Positions 1 through 10,130 of a DNA stretch of 44,178 nucleotides are shown here, piece by piece. The DNA lies in NCBI GenBank assembly GCA_046758445.1, contig JBHIAE010000025.1:1-44178 (forward strand), in the 5' to 3' direction. The translations under genes and the position numbers were made by a program. This DNA comes from Candidatus Thorarchaeota archaeon (lineage in GTDB: Archaea; Asgardarchaeota; Thorarchaeia; Thorarchaeales; Thorarchaeaceae). The notes beneath the pieces are model-generated. The model worked only from the letters and a program-made list of their open reading frames with translations, did not search any database and was not told where the DNA came from. Position 1 is the first letter of the stretch, and the number at the start of each line of letters is the position of its first letter.

Positions 1-1205
1 ACATCTTCACCATCCTGTTTGTACTCTACTTCTTCGAGTTTCGAAGAAGGTGGAGGGAGCAGACCGGCGAAGAGTACGGGCCGCTACTGAATGTCCATTT
101 CGAGGACATTCGTCAAACCGTGGCCATGTTCTTTGGTGGTCTACTCGTGTCGATAGCTGGAGTCTGGATACTCACTTTGTTCATAGACCCTGGTCTTGTG
201 GCACAGAATCTCTTCGGGCTATTTGCGGGCATTGGTAATCCGAACGGGCTTGAACGAGTCTTTGAGTTCTTTGTTCGAGATGAATTGCAGACATTGTTCT
301 GGATATTTGTGGAACACAACGTAGTCAGGACTCTCCTGATGTTGGTCATTGGACCTCTGTTCTGGTCTGCTGTGCTGTGGTTCTCCACGGTGAGACGGAA
401 GACCAGATCTGGGTCTAGGATTGGTTACGTCGGGACAGCGGCCCTTATTGTAACCGGTGCGGCTGCGATGCTCTGGACGTACCTGGACCAGGCTGCTGGA
501 GTCTTTGTGGCTGCGGCACCTGATGACATGTTCAATCCGTGGGTCTACTCAGCTCACCTAGGACTTAGGGCTGCAATCCTCTACGGCATTCTCCTTGTTG
601 CGTTTCTGCTCGCTGCCGGAGTCAAGGCGTTAGGCAGGGACGGGATGGGCGCATGGTGGTTCCCGTTATTCGTTTCGATGTTCGCTCTGGAGTACTTCAT
701 CTTCGATGACCAGTTCACTTTGATTGCACTCGTCGTTCTACCGATGTTCATAGCAATTGGCTACAAGGGGCTCTACTCTTCGAAATCCGAAGTCCGAAAT
801 GAGGACTTGCTGCTCACCTACATCCGGTTCAGTCTCATGTCGGTCGCAATCGCCGAGGTCCTGTCAACTGCACTCATTGTTGGTGGAATCAGCATCATTG
901 ACACAATCTACGCTGGGAGTGCACTTCCATTTCTAGCAGGCATCTTGCCACATGCCATTGTCGAGATTCCAACCTTTTTGGTAGCTGCAGCCGCCGCGAT
1001 AAGAATCGCGAAAGATCTTGGGCCTAGCGTAAGAAGTCAAGATTGGGAATCTGTGCCGACAAAGACTCGTACGCTCATCTCCGATGCGCGTACTTGGAGA
1101 ACATACGCGATGATTGTATTCTTCCTGCTTATTGCAGCACTGATTGAGGCCTACGTTACTCCAATAGTGTTTGAGTGGGTATTGATCAACTTCCCGATAC
1201 CTTAG
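1..1205 (+). CDS. Multi-pass membrane protein with C-terminal stage II sporulation protein M (SpoIIM/DUF95) domain; 5'-truncated by the window edge
   Basis: The frame of ORF 120..1205 is open back to base 3 (IFTILFVLYFFEFRRRW...). It has many hydrophobic helices and the SpoIIM-type motifs GILPHAIVEIP and LLIAALIEAYVTP. Confidence 0.8.
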   Translation, partial: IFTILFVLYFFEFRRRWREQTGEEYGPLLNVHFEDIRQTVAMFFGGLLVSIAGVWILTLFIDPGLVAQNLFGLFAGIGNPNGLERVFEFFVRDELQTLFWIFVEHNVVRTLLMLVIGPLFWSAVLWFSTVRRKTRSGSRIGYVGTAALIVTGAAAMLWTYLDQAAGVFVAAAPDDMFNPWVYSAHLGLRAAILYGILLVAFLLAAGVKALGRDGMGAWWFPLFVSMFALEYFIFDDQFTLIALVVLPMFIAIGYKGLYSSKSEVRNEDLLLTYIRFSLMSVAIAEVLSTALIVGGISIIDTIYAGSALPFLAGILPHAIVEIPTFLVAAAAAIRIAKDLGPSVRSQDWESVPTKTRTLISDARTWRTYAMIVFFLLIAALIEAYVTPIVFEWVLINFPIP

Positions 1206-1208
1206 AAC

Positions 1209-1243
1209 GGGCTGCACAACCTGGCGGCCCAGCCCCTCTTTTT
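1209..1243 (+). terminator. Putative terminator (GC stem plus T-tract)
   Basis: GGGCTG (1209-1214) and CAGCCC (1230-1235) form an inverted repeat followed by TTTTT, just after the TAG at 1205. Confidence 0.45.
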
Positions 1244-1315
1244 ATGGAATGGCCGTCGATTTATAGAAACAAACGAAAAGACAAGAACTTCAGATAGCTA
1301 TGTAATATCAGCGAT

Positions 1316-1452
1316 TATCTTATATTATTCAATGATACTAAAGAATACATACCGATAGCGCGCCCTAGGCTCGCCTCCTCCTCGAAATCGGGACTGCCGC
1401 GTGTGGAGTACTGGATTTCTGAGAGTCGTAAGACTGGGCGTGCCAGGAGATA
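1316..1452 (+). promoter_or_regulatory. TATA-box promoter and structured 5' leader of the large surface protein gene
   Basis: CTTATATT TATA-like box at about 1319-1326, then a GC-rich leader able to fold as a long hairpin (1358-1443), then SD-like AGGAG at 1445-1449 and ATG at 1453. Confidence 0.5.
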
Positions 1453-4400
1453 ATGATTATGCGACGATGGGAGAGCAGACGCGCCCTGATTTCTCTGGTT
1501 GCTGTCACAGTCTTTTTCATATCCTCATGCTATGCTGGAATGGCCGCTGCAGCTCCAGCATCGACGACCATTGGGCCTCTCAGCTATGAAACAACGGAAG
1601 TCGGAAAGGTTGAGGGTCCAATGTATGACTCCTCTGAAGTTGGGACTTCAGCATGGTGGAATCGAGATAGCAACAGCTCAAGCGATCAGTGGACTTGGAA
1701 TCATCGGAATTGGCTGTTTGGACCTAGGCCGACATTTGAAATCTATCATGAGAATGGAACCTGGTTGGACAAAGACAGTCATGCAGAGATAGGAGAGACG
1801 CTGAGATTTGTGGTGACAATTCCGAAGAGTGTCTTTGGTATGGGTTCGGATCTTGGCCGAGTGGAGTTTAATGGGTGGATGATGAACTCGCCAATGAACT
1901 TCTCGGCAGACTTCAATTTCGGCTATGAGTCCATGGAGGTCGCCAACTGGTACGCCTCGAGTACGGTGTGGAACTACACGATTTCTCCCTGGGATCCAAT
2001 CTCATTCAATCTGATAACGATCAACGCAGGTCAGTGCTCAAAGACCTCAGCAGGCGATGACTACATAGTCACTTTTGCTGTCGCCTTTACAGGTGATGCA
2101 CCTCTTGGCCTCTACGAGCTGTATATGTACGTCTATGATACTGAATGGACCAGCATCGGTTCCTACAACTACGGGTCTGGCTGGGAGTTTCAAGGCATTG
2201 CTGTCGGTATGTCTCCGAAGCTCGCGTGGGCCCATTCGTTTGGCGGATCATACACACTTGAGAAACTCGACATGGAGGGCGATGTGCTCTACTCCGTCAG
2301 CAGACAGAAAGACTTCAAGATGCAGTTCAATGTCACTGGTACCCAAGTAGACTATGCCGTTCTTGGGTTCCAGATGCCTTCATGGACATATGAGTGGGTG
2401 ACTGTGACAAGCACCTACCCCAAAGTTGAAACCTCTCATGGCGGTTGGCAATTCGATGAAGGTCTTCAGACATACATATGGAAGGCATCGCAACAGGTGA
2501 CCTATATCAAGGAGGTGTATGGTGAGCATCTAGAGCGACAGCAGATCTATCATGACGTGAATGATGAGGTCTACCAGCTTGTCTGGAGAGAAGAATGGAA
2601 CAACGTGACCTCCATGTTTGAATGGACTCAGGTGAATGAGTCCATCCCAGTCACACGACACTTCTTTATCGTTTACAATGGAACCAGCGACTCGTTTGAT
2701 ACCTTCTACGGTTACGTTTACCATGGTGCTATCTTTGATGAGGAATGGGATTACTTCAGACATCAGGAGATACCTGTGTTTGAGCCTATCCCAGTCGACA
2801 TGCCGAAACTGTACGAAGTCAATGATACCCTCTCCACTGCCTACGCGGTAAATGGGGACCTTGTGATAGACTTCGTCGGTCATTTCACTGATGAAATGTC
2901 CCCCACTGATGAAGCCTCATACCTAAACTTCTTCGACAAGGTCATGGGACCTGGGAATCACATGTTTGATTCACCCATGAACGTTGAGAATCCTCGACAA
3001 GGCTCAACGGACTATTCGAACGCCAAGGCAATCAACATTGAAACACCCGTCACGATTGCAAAGATCCTACGTGAGGATGGAACTGAGCCAGTTGGTTGGA
3101 TGTACCATGCTGACAAGGGTGAGAATTTCATGGTCAGTGGAAGACTCCAAGGTGGCGGAGAGATTGCTGGGGACATTGACGGCGTCGGCTTCGAGATGGA
3201 CGCCTACGATAGTTACTGGACAGAACAGGAGTCGAGATGGTCACATCTCACCTATGAGATCAGCTTCGACATTAGCGGCATCCCAACACTACGCGCTTTC
3301 AACTACACAGAGATGAATAACTACACTTTCGGCAAGTACATGGACTATGTCTATGTCAACGTCACTGGATGGCACGATGAGTACAATGAGGTGTCAGGCG
3401 TGTGGGAATGGGTCTACGGCAACTATACGACCTGGGACTGGCGAGAGGTTGAAGGTTTGCACTGGGAATGGTACTACTTCAACCAGAACACTGGCGAATG
3501 GCAGCTGGAACCAATTCCACATCGAGGCCCTGCTGCATCAGTGGCTCCTGACTTCTGCACGGTGAGTGGTTTCTCAAGTTGGGTAGACGACGGAGACCTC
3601 TTTGCTACATTCTTGGTCAACATGAGCTCACACGTACCAGATACCAATTACAACTGGAGGTTTGGATTCCTCAACAATACATGGTATCAGGACACGACCA
3701 CTGAGATTGGCGACTACGAGATCCAGAAGTGGAATCGCGAATGGGTGTACAGCTTTGACTATTTCGGCAGTCGAGTCTATATGGAGCCAGTGGAGAGTCA
3801 GCTGGCCTTTTGGTTCACAAACGGAAGTCTAGGCTCAGACCTTATGGTCGGGAAGGAAACCCCTTACATCAAGATCGCTGACGAAGTCCTTCCATTGAGG
3901 GTTTGGGAGAACTACCAACCTGACATGGGAATCTCGGAAACTGAACTGCTCCGCTATGACTACTACAACCCATCAGATGGCAAGTCGTACTACTACTACG
4001 AGCTTGCTAACGGAACCAAGATATCGGTCGCGTATGTTGACACGGTACTCATCTTCAATGTGACAGCGGGCAACGACGACTCGTTTCTAACTGCGATGGA
4101 GTACGCTGGATTCTGGCACTACGAAGGATTCGATTATTATTATTGGATTGACATAGACGGGAACTTGCATCAAGGTGGCCCGGAGTATGACACACGGAAT
4201 TGCAATGTTACTATTTACGACGAAATAGATGTCACAATGAGGAGTGACGCTTGGTATCTCAAGTATGGTCCAGACTTCGTCGTTAGACTCTCCAGCTTGT
4301 GGTGGAACAGCAGAGAGCAATGTGAGTATGGATCTGATGATGTTGGAAACCTCTACAAGCTCTTCTACAATGAAACTGATGGCTTTGGCTATGTTGATGA

Positions 4401-7287
4401 TGGAAATCAGACATACCGTCAGTATTCTCTAGACCAAGTCATCCTTGCTGACTACCAGGCTTCAGAGGCAATTCTTGTACGAGCTCCCACGCACACATAC
4501 TGGTACCACGAAACTGGTAGCATCAAGCATGAAATGCCCTATCCAGGTGTGAGCGTACAATACAGAGACTGGTATGTTGGGTGGTATGAGATGAACAACA
4601 TTCAGTCTGAGGGAGGCATTGTCCCCGCAATTCCTTCATTAGTGTACAACGGCACTGAGTATCCAATCTTCAACATTACTCCGTCAATGCACTTTGTTGA
4701 GATTGATGATATTGTCTACACTGTTGATGCAGCCTACTTACCTCATTCTGTGGCAAATGGTACAGATGTCTGGAATGCGACCAGGATCGGCTTCACAGGT
4801 GTCGTCGGTGAATTGGACAACAAGCTGGACTTCATAGAACTGGAGACCATTCAATACGTTACACCTGATGAATTCGGCTGGCCGTGGTGGGACCCGTTCG
4901 AGGGACACTACATCTTCGATCTCCTCAACAATGGTACCAAGTGGAAGGCAAATAGCACTGATGCAATGCTCGTGTATGAATACGACTACGACGGCACTAC
5001 CTTCTACTCAACACAAGAGTATCCATTCATGATGGGTGACAACATCACCTGGTACGAGTACACGTTGCTTAACGGTAGCATATTGTCTGTTCCATTCGAG
5101 TACAGTGCCATCAGAATCAACAGCACTGTTGTTTACACGTACAACAACGGCAGTGGAACGGTGTTCGACTTCCAATCTGAAACTCACTACATCTACCACT
5201 GGGGTAGGTCGGTCTTCGGATTTTTGATCCTGAACACCTCCCATCCTGGATACTTGTTTATGAACATGAACATGGGCCAACGTCCAATCTTTGAGTTCGA
5301 CTACTCAGGTACAAACGTGACTGCGGTTGCCCAGATGGAGAGCATCGAACGAATGCATCAACAGCACGGATACGCGTGGGCATATGGTCCTCAACCCATC
5401 GATAGCACAGTCATGAAGAACTTCTATGACTTCATCATCGGCATGCCCGAGTGGGGTATGTGGGGTGTACGGAACTGGGACACTAATCCTGAGAACGGGG
5501 CACTAGACCTCGACGGGAATCTCGCAACCACTGATGACCAATACTATGTCCTCGAGGAGTACAGCTCAAGCGACAGTTGGACTCATGAGTGGGACATGAT
5601 GTGGGTGTACCTCATGTGGAACCCCAATGAGACCATCTGGGGTGACGAGATGAATGTCAACTCATGGATGGGTGTTGACACCTTCACCTGGACCTACGAA
5701 TGGAATCAGACCTTCTACTGGTTTGACACGTCCATGACTCCCTTGTCGTCGACAGAGATGCAGGGTGTCAAGGACACGATACTCTCTCCGTTGAACGAGT
5801 CTAAGCCCGGGTACTGGGACATCTCTTGGATGGCAATGAATGTCACTTGGGCCGACATAGTGAATGAGGCTCAAGAAATGGGATGGGATTGGATTACATC
5901 CAATGAACAGACATGGACTTGGCTGAGCTTCGGCGTCGGTCAGGACTATGGTACTAGCTACGAGGACCTGGGTATAGAGCAATGGCTCCACCTAAGTATG
6001 CGATACGAGTTCAGCGGTCTCATGATTTGGGAGGACGGCGACAACAACGGTGAGATGAATGTTGATCCCACAATGCCTGAATCGAGTGAGCTAACACACT
6101 ACCTGATCCCCGATGCGGTCGAGAGCGTTGGATTTGTGACACCTGGATTGGCTTTTGGGAACAACGACACCATCGGCAACATTGCTGTCGACTTGACTGA
6201 TGAGGTCACCTGGGGCGTGACCTTCTACAACGTCAATGGTACAGTGTTTCCGTACACTACCTATGGCTATTGGGGCTGGTATGACAGCATGCAGACAGGC
6301 AGTGACCTACGGACCTTTGACCAGCGACCCACTGAAGTCACAATAGATGAGCTCTCATTCCTTGTTCACTTCCAGGGATACCTTGACGAAGTGTCTCTAA
6401 ACAACTACGCAGACATCAAAGTCGACAACTATGTTGGCAATTGGGACGTAGACATACTTGGAGGGCGTGACAACCTTGAGAATCGCTCACTGGCTCTGAA
6501 CTACTTCGCAGACGTGAATATCGACAACTACGCTTTCTACAGCAACTCAACGCTTCAAGACCAAACAGTGAGTGCCGACAGTTTCCAGCTTGAAGCTGCA
6601 GGCGCACAGTTTGCTGAGATGATCATGGGTGGTGTTTCATACGATTGGGGCAAGAATTCCACTGCTCGCTTAGATGTCGTCAGTCATACCACTCCAATGG
6701 GGACCTTCAGTACGGCGTTCGAGTCTGACAACGGACAGTCGGCTACATCCTGGTCGTTCAGTTCCACCATGTTCTATGTCAGTATCGGCTTTCCACAGTG
6801 GGATGGCTATAGCGTTTACCAAGACCCAGTCTTCGTGGGTTATGTGTCAAGAGCTGGTTCACCATATCTCCCTGAGGGACTCAGTTTTGGAGCCTTTGCC
6901 ATTAATCCTGTGGTTCCTTCCTCCACCGACACTGTCCGAGTGGAGATTGACATCCTCTCAGTAGACCCGCTCTATGGTGTCGAACTCCTCTACAGCACTG
7001 ACTCGGAGAACTGGTGGTCAACGGAGATGTGGACTGAAGGTGAAGGACATTATGTTGGAACCATTCCACCGTTTGATGAAGGAACTACTGTCTACTACAA
7101 AGTAGTTGTTCATACTCCGACTGGCGACTATGAATCAGAGGCTTCATACTATGTTGTTGGTGGCAGAACCACGACTACTTGGAACGGTGGCCCAGGCTTC
7201 CTCGACATGGACATGATTGTCCTGATTGGAGGAAGCGCCGTCATGATCATAATCCTTGGTGCCCTAATCAAGCGAAGAAGGCGTTGA
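1453..7287 (+). CDS. Very large (1944 aa) secreted, membrane-anchored surface glycoprotein (S-layer/adhesin-like), function unknown
   Basis: N-terminal signal peptide (MRRWESRRALISLVAVTVFFISSCYAG); Trp/Tyr/Asn/Asp-rich beta-type body with many NxS/T sequons; C-terminal Ig-like domain, Thr-rich linker, TM helix and KRRRR tail. Confidence 0.8.
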   Translation: MIMRRWESRRALISLVAVTVFFISSCYAGMAAAAPASTTIGPLSYETTEVGKVEGPMYDSSEVGTSAWWNRDSNSSSDQWTWNHRNWLFGPRPTFEIYHENGTWLDKDSHAEIGETLRFVVTIPKSVFGMGSDLGRVEFNGWMMNSPMNFSADFNFGYESMEVANWYASSTVWNYTISPWDPISFNLITINAGQCSKTSAGDDYIVTFAVAFTGDAPLGLYELYMYVYDTEWTSIGSYNYGSGWEFQGIAVGMSPKLAWAHSFGGSYTLEKLDMEGDVLYSVSRQKDFKMQFNVTGTQVDYAVLGFQMPSWTYEWVTVTSTYPKVETSHGGWQFDEGLQTYIWKASQQVTYIKEVYGEHLERQQIYHDVNDEVYQLVWREEWNNVTSMFEWTQVNESIPVTRHFFIVYNGTSDSFDTFYGYVYHGAIFDEEWDYFRHQEIPVFEPIPVDMPKLYEVNDTLSTAYAVNGDLVIDFVGHFTDEMSPTDEASYLNFFDKVMGPGNHMFDSPMNVENPRQGSTDYSNAKAINIETPVTIAKILREDGTEPVGWMYHADKGENFMVSGRLQGGGEIAGDIDGVGFEMDAYDSYWTEQESRWSHLTYEISFDISGIPTLRAFNYTEMNNYTFGKYMDYVYVNVTGWHDEYNEVSGVWEWVYGNYTTWDWREVEGLHWEWYYFNQNTGEWQLEPIPHRGPAASVAPDFCTVSGFSSWVDDGDLFATFLVNMSSHVPDTNYNWRFGFLNNTWYQDTTTEIGDYEIQKWNREWVYSFDYFGSRVYMEPVESQLAFWFTNGSLGSDLMVGKETPYIKIADEVLPLRVWENYQPDMGISETELLRYDYYNPSDGKSYYYYELANGTKISVAYVDTVLIFNVTAGNDDSFLTAMEYAGFWHYEGFDYYYWIDIDGNLHQGGPEYDTRNCNVTIYDEIDVTMRSDAWYLKYGPDFVVRLSSLWWNSREQCEYGSDDVGNLYKLFYNETDGFGYVDDGNQTYRQYSLDQVILADYQASEAILVRAPTHTYWYHETGSIKHEMPYPGVSVQYRDWYVGWYEMNNIQSEGGIVPAIPSLVYNGTEYPIFNITPSMHFVEIDDIVYTVDAAYLPHSVANGTDVWNATRIGFTGVVGELDNKLDFIELETIQYVTPDEFGWPWWDPFEGHYIFDLLNNGTKWKANSTDAMLVYEYDYDGTTFYSTQEYPFMMGDNITWYEYTLLNGSILSVPFEYSAIRINSTVVYTYNNGSGTVFDFQSETHYIYHWGRSVFGFLILNTSHPGYLFMNMNMGQRPIFEFDYSGTNVTAVAQMESIERMHQQHGYAWAYGPQPIDSTVMKNFYDFIIGMPEWGMWGVRNWDTNPENGALDLDGNLATTDDQYYVLEEYSSSDSWTHEWDMMWVYLMWNPNETIWGDEMNVNSWMGVDTFTWTYEWNQTFYWFDTSMTPLSSTEMQGVKDTILSPLNESKPGYWDISWMAMNVTWADIVNEAQEMGWDWITSNEQTWTWLSFGVGQDYGTSYEDLGIEQWLHLSMRYEFSGLMIWEDGDNNGEMNVDPTMPESSELTHYLIPDAVESVGFVTPGLAFGNNDTIGNIAVDLTDEVTWGVTFYNVNGTVFPYTTYGYWGWYDSMQTGSDLRTFDQRPTEVTIDELSFLVHFQGYLDEVSLNNYADIKVDNYVGNWDVDILGGRDNLENRSLALNYFADVNIDNYAFYSNSTLQDQTVSADSFQLEAAGAQFAEMIMGGVSYDWGKNSTARLDVVSHTTPMGTFSTAFESDNGQSATSWSFSSTMFYVSIGFPQWDGYSVYQDPVFVGYVSRAGSPYLPEGLSFGAFAINPVVPSSTDTVRVEIDILSVDPLYGVELLYSTDSENWWSTEMWTEGEGHYVGTIPPFDEGTTVYYKVVVHTPTGDYESEASYYVVGGRTTTTWNGGPGFLDMDMIVLIGGSAVMIIILGALIKRRRR

Positions 7288-7291
7288 ACAA

Positions 7292-7322
7292 AGAGGGGGG
7301 TTCACCCCTCTCCCTCTCTCTT
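7292..7322 (+). terminator. Putative terminator between convergent genes
   Basis: AGAGGGG-GGTTCA-CCCCTCT hairpin followed by a pyrimidine tract, immediately after the TGA at 7287. Confidence 0.5.
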
Positions 7323-7353
7323 GCTTTACAAGTAGTAACAGTCGAAGTTGAGG

Positions 7354-7794
7354 TTAGGCTTCCAGATTCAGAGAGCGCTTGAGTTTACCATGGAAGAGCT
7401 TTATTCCTGCCAGATGTGCCTCGTAGGTGGTATTGAACACGTCGTAGGAGATTCCTGTGACGGGAATCGCATTCCGGATGATTATGAAGTTCTTCTTGTC
7501 AATTCCAAAAGTGATCTCAACAAGGGTCGCGTTTGTCTTGAGTAGCTGTTCGTAGACGGGTGTTCGTTCTTTCTTTGGTGTGGGGCTCAAGTCAAAGAGC
7601 CGAGTGGTGAGCGTTATCCAATGAGTACCTGGGAAGACCTCGATCTCCTTGGTTTCGGTGGGGCCATGGGGGTAAAGACTGAAGGTCTTTCGTCCGCGCT
7701 CCTCGAAGTTGACCTCTAGTCTCTTCAGATACTCCTTCGCAATGAACCAAGTTGTACTCATATCTCTCGACTCGTCTTTGGCATCATTCTCCAT
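7354..7794 (-). CDS. YbjN-domain / CesT (type III secretion chaperone)-fold protein
   Basis: 146 aa; the pattern YEQLLKTNATL..ITFGIDKKNFIIIR followed by a C-terminal amphipathic helix matches the YbjN/CesT-type fold. Confidence 0.55.
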   Translation of the reverse strand: MENDAKDESRDMSTTWFIAKEYLKRLEVNFEERGRKTFSLYPHGPTETKEIEVFPGTHWITLTTRLFDLSPTPKKERTPVYEQLLKTNATLVEITFGIDKKNFIIIRNAIPVTGISYDVFNTTYEAHLAGIKLFHGKLKRSLNLEA

Positions 7795-7934
7795 GTCCTT
7801 GTGCTTCTACAAGACCCAATGATAACTCCATTGTACAAATCTAGTAAAAGTCTTCGCTTTTCATTCAGGCATTCAAAGAAGCATACGGGAGGGCAAATCC
7901 ACGCTTCAGACCATGCTCTAAGTCTTCAACTGTG

Positions 7935-8729
7935 CTACTTGGGCTTGCGGGATTCCATAAACGATGACAACCTCTCCATCGGCTCTCCCGAAGCGAAGGC
8001 TTCTCCGAACCCTTGGTTCTCTCCTTTGAAACCTTCCAGATTGACGTATGTCGCCTTCTGAATCAAGCCCTTTGATTTCATGATAGCCTGCTTTGAGTTC
8101 TTTATGATCTTTCGACAGAGATCGTTGACGGATGCTTTCAGATCCGAGAGCGGAACCACCGTGTTCACCAAGCCAATCCGCAAAGCTTCTTCCGCCCCAA
8201 TTATGTCACAAGTATAGATCAGCTCCCGCGCCTTCAGCGGACCAACCAGCCGTGTCAGTCGTTGGGTCCCACCTGCCCCTGGTATGATTCCATATTTGGT
8301 TTCAATTTGACCGAATCTCGCATTGTCCGCGGCGACGATAATGTCGCAACACATGGACATTTCAAGACCAGCCGTCAAGTTGAGTCCCTTGACAGCAGCT
8401 ATGACTGGAAAGGGTAGGCTCTCAAGCTTGGCAAACAAGCCCTGAATAGTCCTAGACATCTCGAAGGCTTCATCGTATGGATCGCCATCGTATATTTGGA
8501 AGAAGGCTCCAATGTCCGCCCCTGCAGTGAAGATGTCATCCAATGCGCTTGAGATGACGAGAACGCGGATTTTCGAGTTCGACTGCAGCTGATTAAGGAA
8601 GTCACTGAACTCCTCGGTCACCTCATCATTGAAGGCATTTCTCTTGTCTGGACGGTTCAGCAGAAACCAGACAATCTCCCCTTCCTCTTTTTCTCGAACG
8701 AGCCAGTGCTTGAATTGCTTCATGTGCAT
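7935..8729 (-). CDS. Enoyl-CoA hydratase/isomerase (crotonase) family protein
   Basis: LNRPDKRNAF, FTAGADI, PVIAAVKG, GLE...CDI, FGQIETKYGIIPGAGGTQRLTRLVG; both catalytic Glu residues present. Confidence 0.92.
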   Translation of the reverse strand: MHMKQFKHWLVREKEEGEIVWFLLNRPDKRNAFNDEVTEEFSDFLNQLQSNSKIRVLVISSALDDIFTAGADIGAFFQIYDGDPYDEAFEMSRTIQGLFAKLESLPFPVIAAVKGLNLTAGLEMSMCCDIIVAADNARFGQIETKYGIIPGAGGTQRLTRLVGPLKARELIYTCDIIGAEEALRIGLVNTVVPLSDLKASVNDLCRKIIKNSKQAIMKSKGLIQKATYVNLEGFKGENQGFGEAFASGEPMERLSSFMESRKPK

Positions 8730-8784
8730 GGTAGGTCTGAGTCGAGGATAAAACCATAACCAATTCCGCTTTGGAAGTCTTTCC

Positions 8785-9456
8785 TCAGATCTCTATGAGT
8801 GTTCTACTACTTGCCGGAGTACAGGTCAATGTGCCTCCAACATCCACGTTCTCGAGTCTTACCCAGCAAATGCCTGTTGTGACTTCACAGGTAAGGTCCT
8901 CGTAGAAAGTTGAATTCGTTATGTCCATGTTGTTGTCACCTGGACAGTTTGTGCCATGATGGAAGTATATCTTATCGAAAGTTGCATTGCTGGCGGTCAA
9001 GCTGATGTTTCCATGGCCTACACGCGCTTCGATATCAATGGTGTAATTACTATTGATGGTAACATTGACGATTGCTTCTGCATCTGCCTTGTTTAGTGCA
9101 CATATGTCAGCGGGGTTCTCTTTCAGAATCTGGACGGCCACATGCCTGCCGTACGAACCATACGTCACCTGAAGATTCGTGTTCTTTCCTTTTACTCCAT
9201 CAACAAGGACTGCAAGTCTGTAGTCAATCTTAATCATGAATCCGGGATTATCGACCGCATTGATTGTCGCATTGTGAAAACAGACATCATAGTAAATTGA
9301 GATGTTCTCAGCGGTCGAATAGGTGTCCTCGTAGAGTACCACTGTTTCACACTAGCGGACTATTGGCTCAAGGGTGAGCAGCAGGTACACACCACTAATA
9401 ACGATGGCACTCACGAATTACAGAATAAAGAGTATGCCCATTGATCTTCTTCTCAT
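8785..9456 (-). pseudogene. Probable pseudogene of an N-terminally anchored secreted beta-rich protein (two in-frame stops)
   Basis: From ATG 9456 the frame reads MRRRSMGILFIL*FVSAIVISGVYLLLTLEPIVR*CETVVLYEDTYS..., with TAA at 9418-9420 and TAG at 9352-9354, and runs in frame into ORF 8785..9342. Confidence 0.6.
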
Positions 9457-9626
9457 TTTCCTCACTTCTCGTCTGTCATTCTTTGTCTATTATTGCTTAT
9501 TGACATGTATACCTGTCAAACTGGTTATGAGGTGTGAGCCGAGCACTTCGGCGCCGCACAGAAGGCTTGGAAAGTGCTCACCCTCCACACTCATTAACAA
9601 TAGTTAATCATATTGGAGGGATAATC

Positions 9627-10094
9627 GTGATTGACAGTAGGGAAGGTAGCACGTCGTTGACATCCGAAGAGAATCTGGAAATTGGTCGCAAGATGATGGA
9701 GGCTGTCAACAATCAAGACCTAGCAGCACTAGATGATTTGCTGGTGCCGGAATATGTGAACGAGCAGCTGCAGGTGCAGAGTCGGGAAGATCTCAAGCAA
9801 ATACTGAGTAGGCAATACGCAGGCTTCCCTGATGTCCATCGTACACTTGAGGATATCACCGCTGATGAGGATTCGGTCTGGATTCGGGTAAGAATCACGG
9901 GAACACACACGGGTGAGTATCGCGGACTAGCTCCTACCGGGAAGAAGTTTGTTATGGATGCTGTTCCCCACTATCGCATTGTAGACGGGAAGATAGTAAA
10001 GGGGTGGTCGGTCTGGAAACCACTGGACCTATTCAAACAACTAGGCGCCATCGAATACAAAGGATTCCCTGATGAAGTCAAGCAGCCGCTTTGA
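9627..10094 (+). CDS. SnoaL-like ester cyclase family protein (NTF2-like fold)
   Basis: AGFPDVHRTLEDITAD, ITGTHTGEYRGLAPTGKKF, RIVDGKIVKGW. Start placed at GTG 9627 after GGAGGG; TTG 9657 is also possible. Confidence 0.88.
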   Translation: MIDSREGSTSLTSEENLEIGRKMMEAVNNQDLAALDDLLVPEYVNEQLQVQSREDLKQILSRQYAGFPDVHRTLEDITADEDSVWIRVRITGTHTGEYRGLAPTGKKFVMDAVPHYRIVDGKIVKGWSVWKPLDLFKQLGAIEYKGFPDEVKQPL

Positions 10095-10130
10095 AGCAGC
10101 GAATTTCCGACATCGATGACGAGGTGACTG

